A stretch of DNA of 64,000 nucleotides from an uncultured Gammaproteobacteria bacterium (GTDB lineage Bacteria > Patescibacteriota > Microgenomatia > UBA8517): contig OZ246419.1 in assembly GCA_965231135.1 (NCBI GenBank), positions 257,488 through 321,487 on the forward strand, given 5' to 3'. The translations under genes were made by a program, and so were the position numbers. Below the pieces are notes generated by a model. The model made no database searches, was not told where the DNA came from, and saw only the letters and a list, made by a program, of their open reading frames with translations. Positions 48,729 to 59,007 of the stretch are shown here, piece after piece (within the stretch, counting starts at the first letter, position 1; every line of letters starts with the position of its first letter).

Positions 48729-49812
48729 TAGGAGGAGTTGAACACAATCAGTTTAATTTATCAAATAGAGAATTAGCATTGCAAAAAGCTTCTAGTTTAC
48801 AAATTTTTCCATATACTACTGACCTTTTAGGTAATTCGTTAAATTTAGTTCAAGATCTTCTTAGTTTTGATAAAGAGATATCTGATTTTGAAGAACAAAG
48901 TTTACTTAAGGTCCAAAGAGTTGTTGGAATCTTTGGATTGCCAGATAGTGGCAAAGATTGGTTAATGGATAATGTTATTATTCCATATTTAGGCAAGGCT
49001 AGAAGAAATGCATTCGATGAAAAAGCTGCTTTTTTGCGGCTTGGGAGGCGTCCAGTTATTGCTACACCAAAAGGTGTACCTCTGCAATCATTTGAACTTG
49101 TAGCGACACGTATTAAAACAATTGCAGATACAGTTTCCGATGTGAAGAGAGAATATCGCAAAATAGTGATGCAGGGGCCTGCTGGGACAAGTTTGCAGTA
49201 CGGACTAGACAATTCTATGTTTTTCTCTACAAGAGAATATATGGACCAAGTAATGTACGATTTTTTGATCTTTTAGCTAGAGAAGCTAATAATAATTTGG
49301 AGAGTACCTTTTTGTATTTGATTAATATTGTGTGAGGGCCCTATATGGATCTTTGGGGATCGAGATAATATTAATTGGATATATGGGCTTGATCCTTTTC
49401 CAAACGAAAAAGCTTACCAATACGCAAGAAGAGGCGGATCAATTAGACAAACGGAAAACGCCCAAGATTTAGCATGGAGAACTTCACAGTTTGCGATACC
49501 AAGAAATCAGAATCATTCCCCAAATGGTTTTTAGATCCGACAAATGGTGATATTTCTTTTGTGGCAGGTATCTTAGAGGCAAATCCAAAGCAATACAATA
49601 TCAGATGTAGAAATAATTTATGTAGCTATTATGTATACGAGAGAAATTTTCTTGCCTCTAAAAACTTTTTGAATTCGCGTGAGCTTCCATATCGGGTAAA
49701 ACATTTAATTTTGTTAAATAATCCAAAAGTTGTAATTAAAAGTATTGATCAGTATAAAGCTTTGGTAGAATTAATTAGAGATGGTAAAGAGAGGCATAAA
49801 ATCAATTATTAA
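48725..49812 (+). pseudogene. Fragmented orphan gene with P-loop-like motif
   Basis: GIFGLPDSGKD in 48725-49276; further pieces 49328-49534 and 49474-49812 in shifting frames. Confidence 0.5.
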
Positions 49813-51367
49813 AAAAGAGTATTTAATAGTTTTTGTAATTTTTGTTTTTGGATTTTTGATTAGAGTATGGTCGGTAACTTTTTATAATACCGAAATTGGT
49901 TTTGATCAGGCGCGTGACCTTTTTGCTGCAACTTCGATTTTTCGCGACCATCATTTGGCAATTATTGGACCAACTGCGGGAAATAATCCTTATCTGCATC
50001 ATGGTGTCGCCTGGTGGTATTTCATGGTTTCACCTTTAATTTTTACAAAAGGAAATCCGATGGGCGTTGTCTTTGTAAATGTTTTTGTGAATGCATCAAC
50101 TATAATTGTCGTTTATTTTTTTGCAAAAGATTTTTTTAGAAATAAGTATGCAGGAATTATTGCAAGTATTTTAACGGCAGTTTCTTATCAAATTATTCAA
50201 TATGGAGGATGGCTTTCAAATCCTTCGCCGACGATTTTTACTGTACCAATATTTTTTTATGCACTTTGGAAATATTACAATACATCCAAGAAAAATTATT
50301 TATTTATTACAGTCTTATTTTTAGGTTTTTCAATAGAGTTTGAATTATTTTTTATTTATTTAATTCCAATTTTTTTAATATTATTTTTATTCTTAAAAAT
50401 GAAATGGCCGACAACCAAGAATTTATTACTTTCGATAATTATTTTTTTAATTACAACATCAACACTTGTTGCAACAGAATTTAAAAATCATTTCATGGGA
50501 ATAAAAAGTATTTTTTTTGCAAATAAATATTTAGGAGGAACTGCATCACATCAACCTTTTGTAAAACTTTTTGGAAATTTTTTAGTTAGCTGGAATTCTT
50601 TTTCAGATAATTTTTCTCCAAATAATTTAAAGATTGGAGAAATAATTGGAATAATAATTTTATTGGTATTAATTTTTGATTTGGTGAAAAATTTTAAATT
50701 AAAAAAACAACGTGACAAAATTTTATTTGTAGTAATTTATTTTTTGTCGCCTGCTTTGATGTTTTTACTTGGAACTTCTAATGAACCCTGGTTTTTAATT
50801 GGAAGACCTATCGCAATTATTTTTGCGTTTACTTATGTACTTATTAAAGTGCGACCAAAATTTATTGTTGCTGGAGTTTTAATTGCAGTTATTTTTATGA
50901 ATTTGAATGCAATTGAGAATGTTCAAGGACAAGGTCAAACTTTACTTGATCCTGATTTATCAAGCATCATGAATTACCAAATTCAAGTTGTTGATTATAC
51001 TTATAAATCTGCAAATGGCGCACATTTTGAAATTAATACACTAACAAACCCGCTTTATATAAATGCAGTTTGGGGTTATCAATATTATTGGTATGGAAAA
51101 AATAAATATCAATATTTGCCAACTTTTGCCGGGGGAGATCAACTTTATCCGTATAATACTTTGAGTAAACCAAACGGAAGCGAAAAATTTTTATTTTTAA
51201 TAATGGATACGACAAACAGAATTCCTCCGCAATATAAAAATAATTTGATTGATTGGGCAAATGAAAATAGTAAACTGATTGAAGAGAAAATGTTTGGAGG
51301 AATTGATGTCCAGAAAAGAATTTTAACTCAAATTATTTTAACCAACAAAAAACCTGCTAAGAAATAA
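49781..51367 (+). CDS. GT-C (ArnT/PMT-like) membrane glycosyltransferase
   Basis: R....FDQARD motif after TM1; many TM helices. Confidence 0.85.
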   Translation: MVKRGIKSIIKKEYLIVFVIFVFGFLIRVWSVTFYNTEIGFDQARDLFAATSIFRDHHLAIIGPTAGNNPYLHHGVAWWYFMVSPLIFTKGNPMGVVFVNVFVNASTIIVVYFFAKDFFRNKYAGIIASILTAVSYQIIQYGGWLSNPSPTIFTVPIFFYALWKYYNTSKKNYLFITVLFLGFSIEFELFFIYLIPIFLILFLFLKMKWPTTKNLLLSIIIFLITTSTLVATEFKNHFMGIKSIFFANKYLGGTASHQPFVKLFGNFLVSWNSFSDNFSPNNLKIGEIIGIIILLVLIFDLVKNFKLKKQRDKILFVVIYFLSPALMFLLGTSNEPWFLIGRPIAIIFAFTYVLIKVRPKFIVAGVLIAVIFMNLNAIENVQGQGQTLLDPDLSSIMNYQIQVVDYTYKSANGAHFEINTLTNPLYINAVWGYQYYWYGKNKYQYLPTFAGGDQLYPYNTLSKPNGSEKFLFLIMDTTNRIPPQYKNNLIDWANENSKLIEEKMFGGIDVQKRILTQIILTNKKPAKK

Positions 51368-51384
51368 ATCGTAACAGGTTTTTT
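51346..51384. terminator. Hairpin with A/T tails between convergent genes
   Basis: aaaaaacctg...caggtttttt. Confidence 0.6.
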
Positions 51385-51395
51385 GCAGGACAGGC

Positions 51396-51494
51396 TTACT
51401 TTCGTCGCTTTCGATGAACTCCACCTTTCTTCCTTTTATGAGTTACCTTGTGGGTTGTTTTTCTCTTTGCTGTTTTTCGTTTTTTAACTGGCAT
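51396..51494 (-). CDS. 32-aa highly basic peptide
   Basis: Manual translation MPVKKRKTAKRKTTHKVTHKRKKGGVHRKRRK; SD TAAGGAGGTGA. Confidence 0.85.
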   Translation of the reverse strand: MPVKKRKTAKRKTTHKVTHKRKKGGVHRKRRK

Positions 51495-51634
51495 TTAAAT
51501 CACCTCCTTAAGATGAAAAGATCTTTCTATAATCACTGTAAAATATAGTAACAAAAATATCAAGTGGTTCTAGAAAAAATGACATTAATCAGATTTGACA
51601 TTTATTGTATTAGATGTTTATACTTAGCTCTTAA

Positions 51635-52231
51635 ATGGAAGAAACGAATAATCCACAAACACCACCAGTTGGTTTTCCTGGAACAACTCCTGTTCCTCAG
51701 CAACAAGAAAATAAGAAAAATTGGAAATGGCTTGTTATTTTAATTTTATTTTTAGTTGTTATTGGTGGAGTAACATTTTTTGTTTTCAAAAGCTCAAGAA
51801 GTTCTTCGACTGACGAACCAACTCCAGAACCAACAAGTGATTTAACTACAGTTAGTACTCCAGTACCGACGCCATCACCAACTCCAGCTGATAAAACCGC
51901 TCTTAATGTTTCAGTACTAAATGGAACAGGAATTGCCGGGGAAGCAGGAATTTTAGCTGATAAACTTAAAACACTTGGATATACAAACGTGACAACTGGA
52001 AATGCAGATAGCCAAAATGCAACAACTACAACTGTAGACTTTGGGCCAAATGTGTCGCAGGATGTTGTTACTGAAATTAATTCTACATTAAATGACATGT
52101 ATACAAGTGTGTCTACTGATAGTTCTGCCTTGCCATCAGGAACTGATATTCAGATTACAACTGGAACACGAAAAGGCGATACTGCTTCTGCAAGCCCAAC
52201 TGATACTTCAGAACCGACTGCAACTCCATAA
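51635..52231 (+). CDS. Membrane protein with LytR C-terminal domain
   Basis: TM; VSVLNGTGIAGEA...LGY...GNA; upstream TTGACA-N18-TATACT. Confidence 0.88.
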   Translation: MEETNNPQTPPVGFPGTTPVPQQQENKKNWKWLVILILFLVVIGGVTFFVFKSSRSSSTDEPTPEPTSDLTTVSTPVPTPSPTPADKTALNVSVLNGTGIAGEAGILADKLKTLGYTNVTTGNADSQNATTTTVDFGPNVSQDVVTEINSTLNDMYTSVSTDSSALPSGTDIQITTGTRKGDTASASPTDTSEPTATP

Positions 52232-52249
52232 TTGTGATATATTGAAGCT

Positions 52250-52564
52250 ATGAAGCTTCACCTTGAGAGTATTAAGGTTGCTCCGGATGTATGGCAAGCA
52301 GCAGCAATTATTATTTTATTTTTTGTACTTATTCTGGTTATTGCTTACATTGTTCGGAATTTTTTGAGCTGGTCAATACCTGTTTTTGCAGGCGGACTTT
52401 TTGTTGGGTTAATTATGATTTTAATTACTGATGGATTTTTACTAGTAAATGGAAAAACAATTACAACTAAGAATTCGATTATAAAAAATATGCTTCAATA
52501 TGAACATACACAGTTTCTTGAGGAGTTAAATGTGCCAAAAGCTTGCTGGCCAAAGATTAAATAA
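52250..52564 (+). CDS. Small 2-TM hypothetical protein
   Basis: Hydrophobic ORF following TGaTATATT plus 6 nt. Confidence 0.7.
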   Translation: MKLHLESIKVAPDVWQAAAIIILFFVLILVIAYIVRNFLSWSIPVFAGGLFVGLIMILITDGFLLVNGKTITTKNSIIKNMLQYEHTQFLEELNVPKACWPKIK

Positions 52565-52565
52565 A

Positions 52566-52928
52566 TTAGTGTCGTTGTGAAGCTCCAGAAATTAAATATT
52601 TCCACATTGTCATTGTTAATAAGTGGTCTGTTTTTTGAATTCCTGGTGTTGTTTCATAATAAGCTTGAGCCTTTGATTTTATCCATATTAATTTTTTTGC
52701 TAATTCTATGTCTGGTTCCGGTTTTATCATTCCAAGTAGTGATGCTGCTGAAAAAGCTCCTATTGTTTTATAACAGAATGATTGTCTTGATTCAAAAAGT
52801 TCATTTACTATAGATATTGTTGATATGAAATCTGCTTGAGAGAGTGGTTTTTGGTTTTGCAATTGGGTAAGAACTTTTTTGATTTGTTCTTCTTGCATAG
52901 ATAATCTGTCTAGTTCATTTGCTGACAT
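52566..52928 (-). CDS. Hypothetical orphan protein
   Basis: 120-aa ORF filling the gap between genes. Confidence 0.6.
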   Translation of the reverse strand: MSANELDRLSMQEEQIKKVLTQLQNQKPLSQADFISTISIVNELFESRQSFCYKTIGAFSAASLLGMIKPEPDIELAKKLIWIKSKAQAYYETTPGIQKTDHLLTMTMWKYLISGASQRH

Positions 52929-52986
52929 TTTTTGAATAATAGCATTAATTTAATTATTTACAAATATATTTTGATATACTTCAATC

Positions 52987-54027
52987 ATGCAAGAATTAAT
53001 ACAGGAATTTGATGAATTTAAGAAGTCATATAATCTTTCTCAAAAAGAGGAAACTTTAAAAAAACTTACTGAAGAATCACTTGATCCAAATTTATGGAAT
53101 GATCAGGGTAAAGCTAAGACTCTTATGCAAAACATTTCTGATTTAAAAACTGAAGTTGATGAAGTAAAAAATCTTGATGAAGAAATAAAAATTATAAATG
53201 AACTTTCAAATTCAGAAGATGTAAACGAAGAACTAAAGAAGGTGCGAGTGAGATTTGATAAATTAGTTTTGAAAAAATATTTAAGCGGGCCAAATGATAA
53301 GAAAAATGCCACACTTTCAATTCATGCCGGGCAGGGGGGAACTGAGGCCATGGACTGGACTTCTATGCTTACTCGCATGTATTTAAGATTTTTTGAGAGA
53401 AAGGGATGGAGGGCTGATGTGATTGACCAGACTGATGGAGAAGAAGCGGGAATAAAAAGCATTGTTATAAATGTGATGGGAAATTATGCATATGGATATT
53501 TAAAAGGAGAAGCGGGGACACACCGACTTGTAAGACAATCGCCTTTTAATGCAGATAAATTAAGACAAACTTCTTTTTCGTTGGTTGAGGTATTACCTGA
53601 ATTTGAAGAAGTTGATTTGCCAGATATTGAAATAAAAGATGATGACCTTGATATTCAATTTTTTAGAAGCGGAGGACATGGAGGGCAAAATGTTAATAAA
53701 GTTTCTACTGCTGTGCGACTAACACATAAACCAACTGGAATTGTGGTGACTGCTCAAACAGAACGTTTTCAGGAACAAAATAGAAAAATTGCAATGAATT
53801 TGCTTCGTTCAAGACTTTGGGCGAGAAAAAAAGAAGAGGAAGCAAAAAATGAAAAAGATTTAAAAGGAGATTATCATCCAGCAACTTGGGGAACACAGAT
53901 TCGCAATTATGTACTCCATCCTTATAAATTGGTGAAGGATACAAGGACAGAAATTGAAACAGGAAATACTGAAGCGGTTTTGGATGGAGATATTGATCTA
54001 TTTATAGAGGCTGAGTTGAAGTTATAA
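52987..54027 (+). CDS. prfB: Peptide chain release factor 2
   Basis: SPF tripeptide, GGQ, WGTQIR.YV..PY. Confidence 0.97.
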   Translation: MQELIQEFDEFKKSYNLSQKEETLKKLTEESLDPNLWNDQGKAKTLMQNISDLKTEVDEVKNLDEEIKIINELSNSEDVNEELKKVRVRFDKLVLKKYLSGPNDKKNATLSIHAGQGGTEAMDWTSMLTRMYLRFFERKGWRADVIDQTDGEEAGIKSIVINVMGNYAYGYLKGEAGTHRLVRQSPFNADKLRQTSFSLVEVLPEFEEVDLPDIEIKDDDLDIQFFRSGGHGGQNVNKVSTAVRLTHKPTGIVVTAQTERFQEQNRKIAMNLLRSRLWARKKEEEAKNEKDLKGDYHPATWGTQIRNYVLHPYKLVKDTRTEIETGNTEAVLDGDIDLFIEAELKL

Positions 54028-54029
54028 AT

Positions 54030-54308
54030 TTATTCTTTGTATGGTTTAAAACCTTCTTCTGTCATTTCTCCGCGTTTGCCGTTTACATTTGCCCATCCAC
54101 ACCACCTTCTTAGTGCGTATCTTGCTTGGTCGTTACTGTCAACGATTTGACATCCATTTGTTTCTGCTTTGTACCAATCACAATTTCTACAGAATTCTGT
54201 TATTTTTAATTCGGGTATAGAACTAGCAACTGGGGTTTGATCGTTTGGATAAAAAAGATTATATATTTCGTCCACTTCAGTATTTATTGGTCGTTCTTGT
54301 TTTGACAT
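54030..54308 (-). CDS. Small Cys-rich orphan protein
   Basis: CRNC...C...C. Confidence 0.6.
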   Translation of the reverse strand: MSKQERPINTEVDEIYNLFYPNDQTPVASSIPELKITEFCRNCDWYKAETNGCQIVDSNDQARYALRRWCGWANVNGKRGEMTEEGFKPYKE

Positions 54309-54373
54309 TTATAAATCGATATTAACATAATCTTTTTTATTTTACAATTTTGTAAATAGTGGTATATTGGGCT

Positions 54374-54817
54374 ATGGAGAACAATAGTTCTTCCAATATA
54401 GTTAAACCTGTTAAATCTTCAAATATAATGCCAATGATGATTGGCGGAGCCATCATTATAATAATAGTAGGGCTTGCTGTTGGATTTTTGGTTTCTAAGA
54501 AAAATGCCAAGACTCCTAATCCAAATACCAAAAATTCAAGTGTAACTGTGTCCCCGACTGAAGCTGGAATTACCGATGTTTCAAAATATGACAGTAATAA
54601 AATGCCAACTGGAATTTTGATGACTGGGGGAATCAAAGGAGAAGGGACATACCACTTGGATTCTGGAAATGGGCCACAACACATGGTTTATTTAAATTCA
54701 ATTACAGTTGATATGAGCCAGTTTGTTGGGAAGAAAGTGAAAGTTTGGGGAGATACACTTTCAGCGCATTACGCTCCGTGGCTTATGGATGTTGTGCGAA
54801 TACAAGTAGTGCAGTAG
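54374..54817 (+). CDS. Membrane-anchored hypothetical protein (OB-fold-like)
   Basis: TM; EGTYHL...FVGKKVKVWG. Confidence 0.75.
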   Translation: MENNSSSNIVKPVKSSNIMPMMIGGAIIIIIVGLAVGFLVSKKNAKTPNPNTKNSSVTVSPTEAGITDVSKYDSNKMPTGILMTGGIKGEGTYHLDSGNGPQHMVYLNSITVDMSQFVGKKVKVWGDTLSAHYAPWLMDVVRIQVVQ

Positions 54818-54845
54818 TTTGCTTCATGTGTTAGCATTAAGGAGA

Positions 54846-55499
54846 ATGGTTGAATTTGTAAACGTCAGTAAAAATTTTGGACGAATAAGCGCTCTTAATG
54901 ATGTTTCTTTTAAAATTGAAAAGGGAGAATTTGTTTTTATTATTGGCCCTTCGGGAAGCGGAAAAACGACAGTTTTAAGATTACTTTTGAGAGAATTTCC
55001 GGCAACAAGCGGAAAAATAATGTTTGATGGAATTGATATAACTAAACTTTCCAAAAGCAAAATTCCAGTTCTTCGCCAATCGATTGGAGTTGTATTTCAG
55101 GATTTTAAACTTTTGAAAGAAAAAACTGTGGGGGAAAACATTGAAATGGCGCTTGCTATCAAAGGAGTTCCGAAATCTGAATGGGAAACTCGTAAAAAAG
55201 AAGTACTTAAACTTGTTGGGCTAGCAAACCGCAGTGAGCTTTTCCCAGCACAGTTATCAGGAGGAGAATTGCAGAGAGTTGCTATTGCGCGAGCAATGTC
55301 AACGGACCCAAAAATAATTTTTGCTGATGAACCAACTGGAAATCTTGACTGGGAAACAAGCGAAGTTATAATGGAACTTCTTGATAAGATTAATAAAGCC
55401 GGCAAAACAATTATTGTTACAAGCCACAACTTAACGATAATTAAAAAAATGAAGAAAAGAACTATAAAATTAGTTGACGGGAAAGTAGAAAGCAAATAG
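54846..55499 (+). CDS. ftsE: Cell division ATP-binding protein FtsE
   Basis: GPSGSGKT, IGVVFQDFKLL, LSGGE; adjacent to ftsX. Confidence 0.93.
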   Translation: MVEFVNVSKNFGRISALNDVSFKIEKGEFVFIIGPSGSGKTTVLRLLLREFPATSGKIMFDGIDITKLSKSKIPVLRQSIGVVFQDFKLLKEKTVGENIEMALAIKGVPKSEWETRKKEVLKLVGLANRSELFPAQLSGGELQRVAIARAMSTDPKIIFADEPTGNLDWETSEVIMELLDKINKAGKTIIVTSHNLTIIKKMKKRTIKLVDGKVESK

Positions 55500-56402
55500 A
55501 TGTATTTAAAAACTGCTCTATCAAATATACGCCGATCACCTTTCCAGGGGGTTGCTGCGATTTTAGTTTTGACTGTTACTTTTTTTGTTGCAACAATATT
55601 TTCGATTTTAATTTATTCTTCTGCACAAGTTTTAAATTATTTTGAAACAAAACCGCAAATTATTGTGTTTTTGAAAACTGATGCAAAAGATACTGATGTG
55701 AACGCTTTACAAACTAAACTTGGAAATGATTCGCGAATAAGAGATTTGAAATATGTTTCCAAAGAAGATGCACTTACTATTTATAAAAATGCGACAAGCG
55801 ATAATCCGCTTCTTGGGCAGCTTGTTTCTCCTTCTATTTTTCCTGCAAGTTTGGAGTTTTCTGTAAAAGATTTAAGCGATGCGCAAAATATTATTAATTC
55901 AGTAAAGAAAGAGCCGACGGTAGACTCTGTTTCATTTACTGCTGCAATTGGAGGGGAAAGCGCGAGTTCTGTTATAAGCAGATTAACTAAAATAACTTTT
56001 TATATAAGAGTTGGAGGATTAGTACTTGCGTTTGTTTTAGCGTTCACTTCATTTTTGGTTTTGATGGTGATTGTAAGTATGAGAATTGCTACTAAAAAAG
56101 GGGAAATAGATACTTTGAGAATAATGGGAGCAACTTCCTCTTTTATACGAACTCCAATTATGCTTGAGGCAATTATTTATGTAACAATTGGAGTTATTTT
56201 GGGTTGGGTCCTTGCACTAATTTTGATTTTGTATGTCAGCCCTGCAATTATTTCCTACTTTGCACAAATTCCAGTATTACCACATAATACCCAGCAATTT
56301 TTTGAATTGAATTTAGTTGTGTTTGGCGGCGAGCTTCTTATTGGTTTTATTATTGCGTTTTTGGGAGGATTTACTGCAGTAACTCGAGCTCTTTCTAAGT
56401 AA
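55500..56402 (+). CDS. ftsX: Cell division permease FtsX
   Basis: 4-TM layout, YVSKEDAL, EI...R.MGAT..FIR.P. Confidence 0.92.
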   Translation: MYLKTALSNIRRSPFQGVAAILVLTVTFFVATIFSILIYSSAQVLNYFETKPQIIVFLKTDAKDTDVNALQTKLGNDSRIRDLKYVSKEDALTIYKNATSDNPLLGQLVSPSIFPASLEFSVKDLSDAQNIINSVKKEPTVDSVSFTAAIGGESASSVISRLTKITFYIRVGGLVLAFVLAFTSFLVLMVIVSMRIATKKGEIDTLRIMGATSSFIRTPIMLEAIIYVTIGVILGWVLALILILYVSPAIISYFAQIPVLPHNTQQFFELNLVVFGGELLIGFIIAFLGGFTAVTRALSK

Positions 56403-57562
56403 TGCGGAAAAAGATTTTATTGTTATTGATTTTGCCTTTATTTTTCTTTGCAACAAAAAGCGTTGTACTTGCAGATTGTGATCCAAATGACGAAGGATGT
56501 ATACGAGATGAAATAACACAATATCAGCAAAAACTTTCAACTTTAGCCGGACAAGCAAATACATTATCGAACCAAATTGCACAATTTAATGCGCAAATTA
56601 CTTTGACAGAACTCAAAATTACTCAAACTGAAGATGAAATTAATTTATTAACTGGAAGAATTGGAGAAGTGCAAAGTTCTTTGAATGATTTAACGAAAGC
56701 ATTTTCAGCGCGCGCTGTTGCAACTTACGAAATGGCACGAACAAATGAACCAACTTATTTGATTTTATCGTCAGCTGATTTAAATGATGCACTCTCAAAG
56801 TTTCATTATTTGCAAGAAGCACAGGCTAGCGACCAAACTTTGCTTACAAGATTGCAATCAGCACAAACAACTTATGAAAATTCTAAACAGCAATCTGAAG
56901 ATTTACAAACACAATTGCAAGCTGATGAAAATAGTTTAAATACACAAAAGTCTCAAAAACAGGCGCTTTTGACACAAACACAAGGAAGCGAAGCGAATTA
57001 TCAAAAACTACTTGCTCAAGCTCAAACACAACTTGCAGCGTTTAGTAAATTTACTGCAAGCGCTGGAGGGAGCGGACTTCTTTCTAATCAAACTGATTGT
57101 TCTGACAGCTGGGGATGTTATTATAATCAGCGTGATACAAGCTGGGGATCTTTGCCATTAAACGGAACGCAATACACAATTGCATCTGACGGATGTTTGG
57201 TTACTTCGATGGCGATGATTCTGACTCATTATGGGCATAAAAGCGTTACCCCAATAACAATTAATTCTGACCCAACAAATTTTGCATCTTATTACCCTGC
57301 TTATTTAAATTATGTGATTCATGCTGATGGAGTTACAGCAACTCGTGCTGTTTCTTCTATTGATTCAACACTTTCAACAGGAAACCCAGTAGTGGTTGGA
57401 ATTCATGCATATGGAGGAACTCATTTTGTGGTTATAAAATCTGGAAGTAATGGAAATTATGTAATGAATGATCCATATTTACCAAACGGGAAAAATTTAA
57501 ATTTTACTGATCATTATTCCATTTCCTCAATTTTTGAAGTTGATAGTGTTAGTATAAATTAA
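56402..57562 (+). CDS. PcsB/CwlO-like coiled coil with C-terminal C39-like cysteine peptidase
   Basis: Signal peptide, coiled coil, YYNQRD..W, GCLVTSMAM, HFVV, NDP. Confidence 0.85.
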   Translation: MRKKILLLLILPLFFFATKSVVLADCDPNDEGCIRDEITQYQQKLSTLAGQANTLSNQIAQFNAQITLTELKITQTEDEINLLTGRIGEVQSSLNDLTKAFSARAVATYEMARTNEPTYLILSSADLNDALSKFHYLQEAQASDQTLLTRLQSAQTTYENSKQQSEDLQTQLQADENSLNTQKSQKQALLTQTQGSEANYQKLLAQAQTQLAAFSKFTASAGGSGLLSNQTDCSDSWGCYYNQRDTSWGSLPLNGTQYTIASDGCLVTSMAMILTHYGHKSVTPITINSDPTNFASYYPAYLNYVIHADGVTATRAVSSIDSTLSTGNPVVVGIHAYGGTHFVVIKSGSNGNYVMNDPYLPNGKNLNFTDHYSISSIFEVDSVSIN

Positions 57563-58233
57563 TGCCTTCGATAGTCATTAATAGTTTTCCGCAAACTATT
57601 TCTTCTGATGCATTTAATGTTGATGTAACAATAAACGGCGCAAAATCCGGGACAAATTATTTAAGAATCGAACTCTTTAAGGATGGAACAAATAATTATT
57701 TCGGAGAAACTTTTAATAACAAAGATTGGTATGGGGGAACTGATGGACTATCTTATTTACCCGTTGAAATAAAGTCTGCAAGCACCTCTGCAATGATTCA
57801 AGGAAGGATAGATAATTCAAATAATTATTTAGGACCTGGAAATTATGATTTGAAAATAAAAAGATATACACAATCGGGAAACGCGGCTGATGATAGCGAG
57901 CAAAACGTAGTTGTAAATATTAATTATGTTTTGCAAACTCCAAGTATTTCGCCTTCAGCAGTAACACAAACACAAACTCCAGTTGCTACTATTTTAGATA
58001 CAATTATCCCAACTACAATTCCAGAAGAAGTAATTTTGAAGACAAACCCTCCTGAAATTTTAGCCGATGAAACACAAAAACAAATTTCGAATACTCCAAT
58101 TCCAAGTATTGAGAGCGTTCAAGAAATTCCCAAAAATAATTTTCCATTTTTTGCAGCTAGTATTTTTGCAATCGGTTTATTTTTGATTGGAATGGGAGCT
58201 TATCTAATATATACTAAAATACATGTTCGCTAA
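57562..58233 (+). CDS. Hypothetical protein with beta domain, P/T linker and C-terminal TM
   Basis: ORF composition. Confidence 0.75.
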   Translation: MPSIVINSFPQTISSDAFNVDVTINGAKSGTNYLRIELFKDGTNNYFGETFNNKDWYGGTDGLSYLPVEIKSASTSAMIQGRIDNSNNYLGPGNYDLKIKRYTQSGNAADDSEQNVVVNINYVLQTPSISPSAVTQTQTPVATILDTIIPTTIPEEVILKTNPPEILADETQKQISNTPIPSIESVQEIPKNNFPFFAASIFAIGLFLIGMGAYLIYTKIHVR

Positions 58234-58651
58234 ACTTAGTAAGAATAAATTTCTATGGTTTTATTTGCCAATAATTATCTGGATGATTGCAATTTTTTCC
58301 GGATCTTCTGTAAGCTCACCGACGGTAACAAATAACGTAACAGTGGATTTTGCAGCTCATAAAACTGCACATGTAATTGAATATGCAATACTTGCTGTGC
58401 TTTTATTTAGAGCTTTGAGGCAGGAAAAAATAAATGTTACAGAAGCTGTCATTTATGCAATTTTAATTGCAGGATTTTATGGATTTACTGATGAATTTCA
58501 TCAAAGCTTTACAGCACATCGTACGACTCGCCTTCGCGATGTTTTTATTGATACAATAGGGGCGACTGCCGGAGTTTTAATAGTATGGAAATTATTACCA
58601 AAAATGCCGAAGAAACTTTTAGACTTGGCGAAAAAATTGGATCTGATTTAA
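58223..58651 (+). CDS. VanZ-family membrane protein
   Basis: K.AH..EYAIL, DEFHQSF...R....D...D. Confidence 0.9.
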   Translation: MFAKLSKNKFLWFYLPIIIWMIAIFSGSSVSSPTVTNNVTVDFAAHKTAHVIEYAILAVLLFRALRQEKINVTEAVIYAILIAGFYGFTDEFHQSFTAHRTTRLRDVFIDTIGATAGVLIVWKLLPKMPKKLLDLAKKLDLI

Positions 58652-59007
58652 TTCGCCTGTCGGCGGGAACACAAACAATAGCGCTTTCTGGAGATCTTGG
58701 TTCTGGTAAGACTGTTTTTGTGCAAGGTTTGGCTAAAGGACTTGGAATAAAAAACAGAATACAATCCCCAACTTTTATTTTGATGAGAAGGTATGGGAGT
58801 TTTTATCACTTGGATTTATATAGACTCGAAAATAATGTGGAAAGACAAGTTGAAGAACTTGGACTTTTTGATATCTGGAAACAAAAAAATAATATTGTTG
58901 CAATTGAGTGGGCTGAGAAGGTCAAAAGCATTTTACCAAAAGAAACTATATTTATTAATTTTGAGAATGTTAATGAAAATGAAAGGAAAATTACAATCAC
59001 AGAATGA
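58585..59007 (+). CDS. tsaE: t6A biosynthesis ATPase TsaE
   Basis: GDLGSGKT, SPTF, HLDLYRL, IEW. Confidence 0.95.
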   Translation: MEIITKNAEETFRLGEKIGSDLIRLSAGTQTIALSGDLGSGKTVFVQGLAKGLGIKNRIQSPTFILMRRYGSFYHLDLYRLENNVERQVEELGLFDIWKQKNNIVAIEWAEKVKSILPKETIFINFENVNENERKITITE

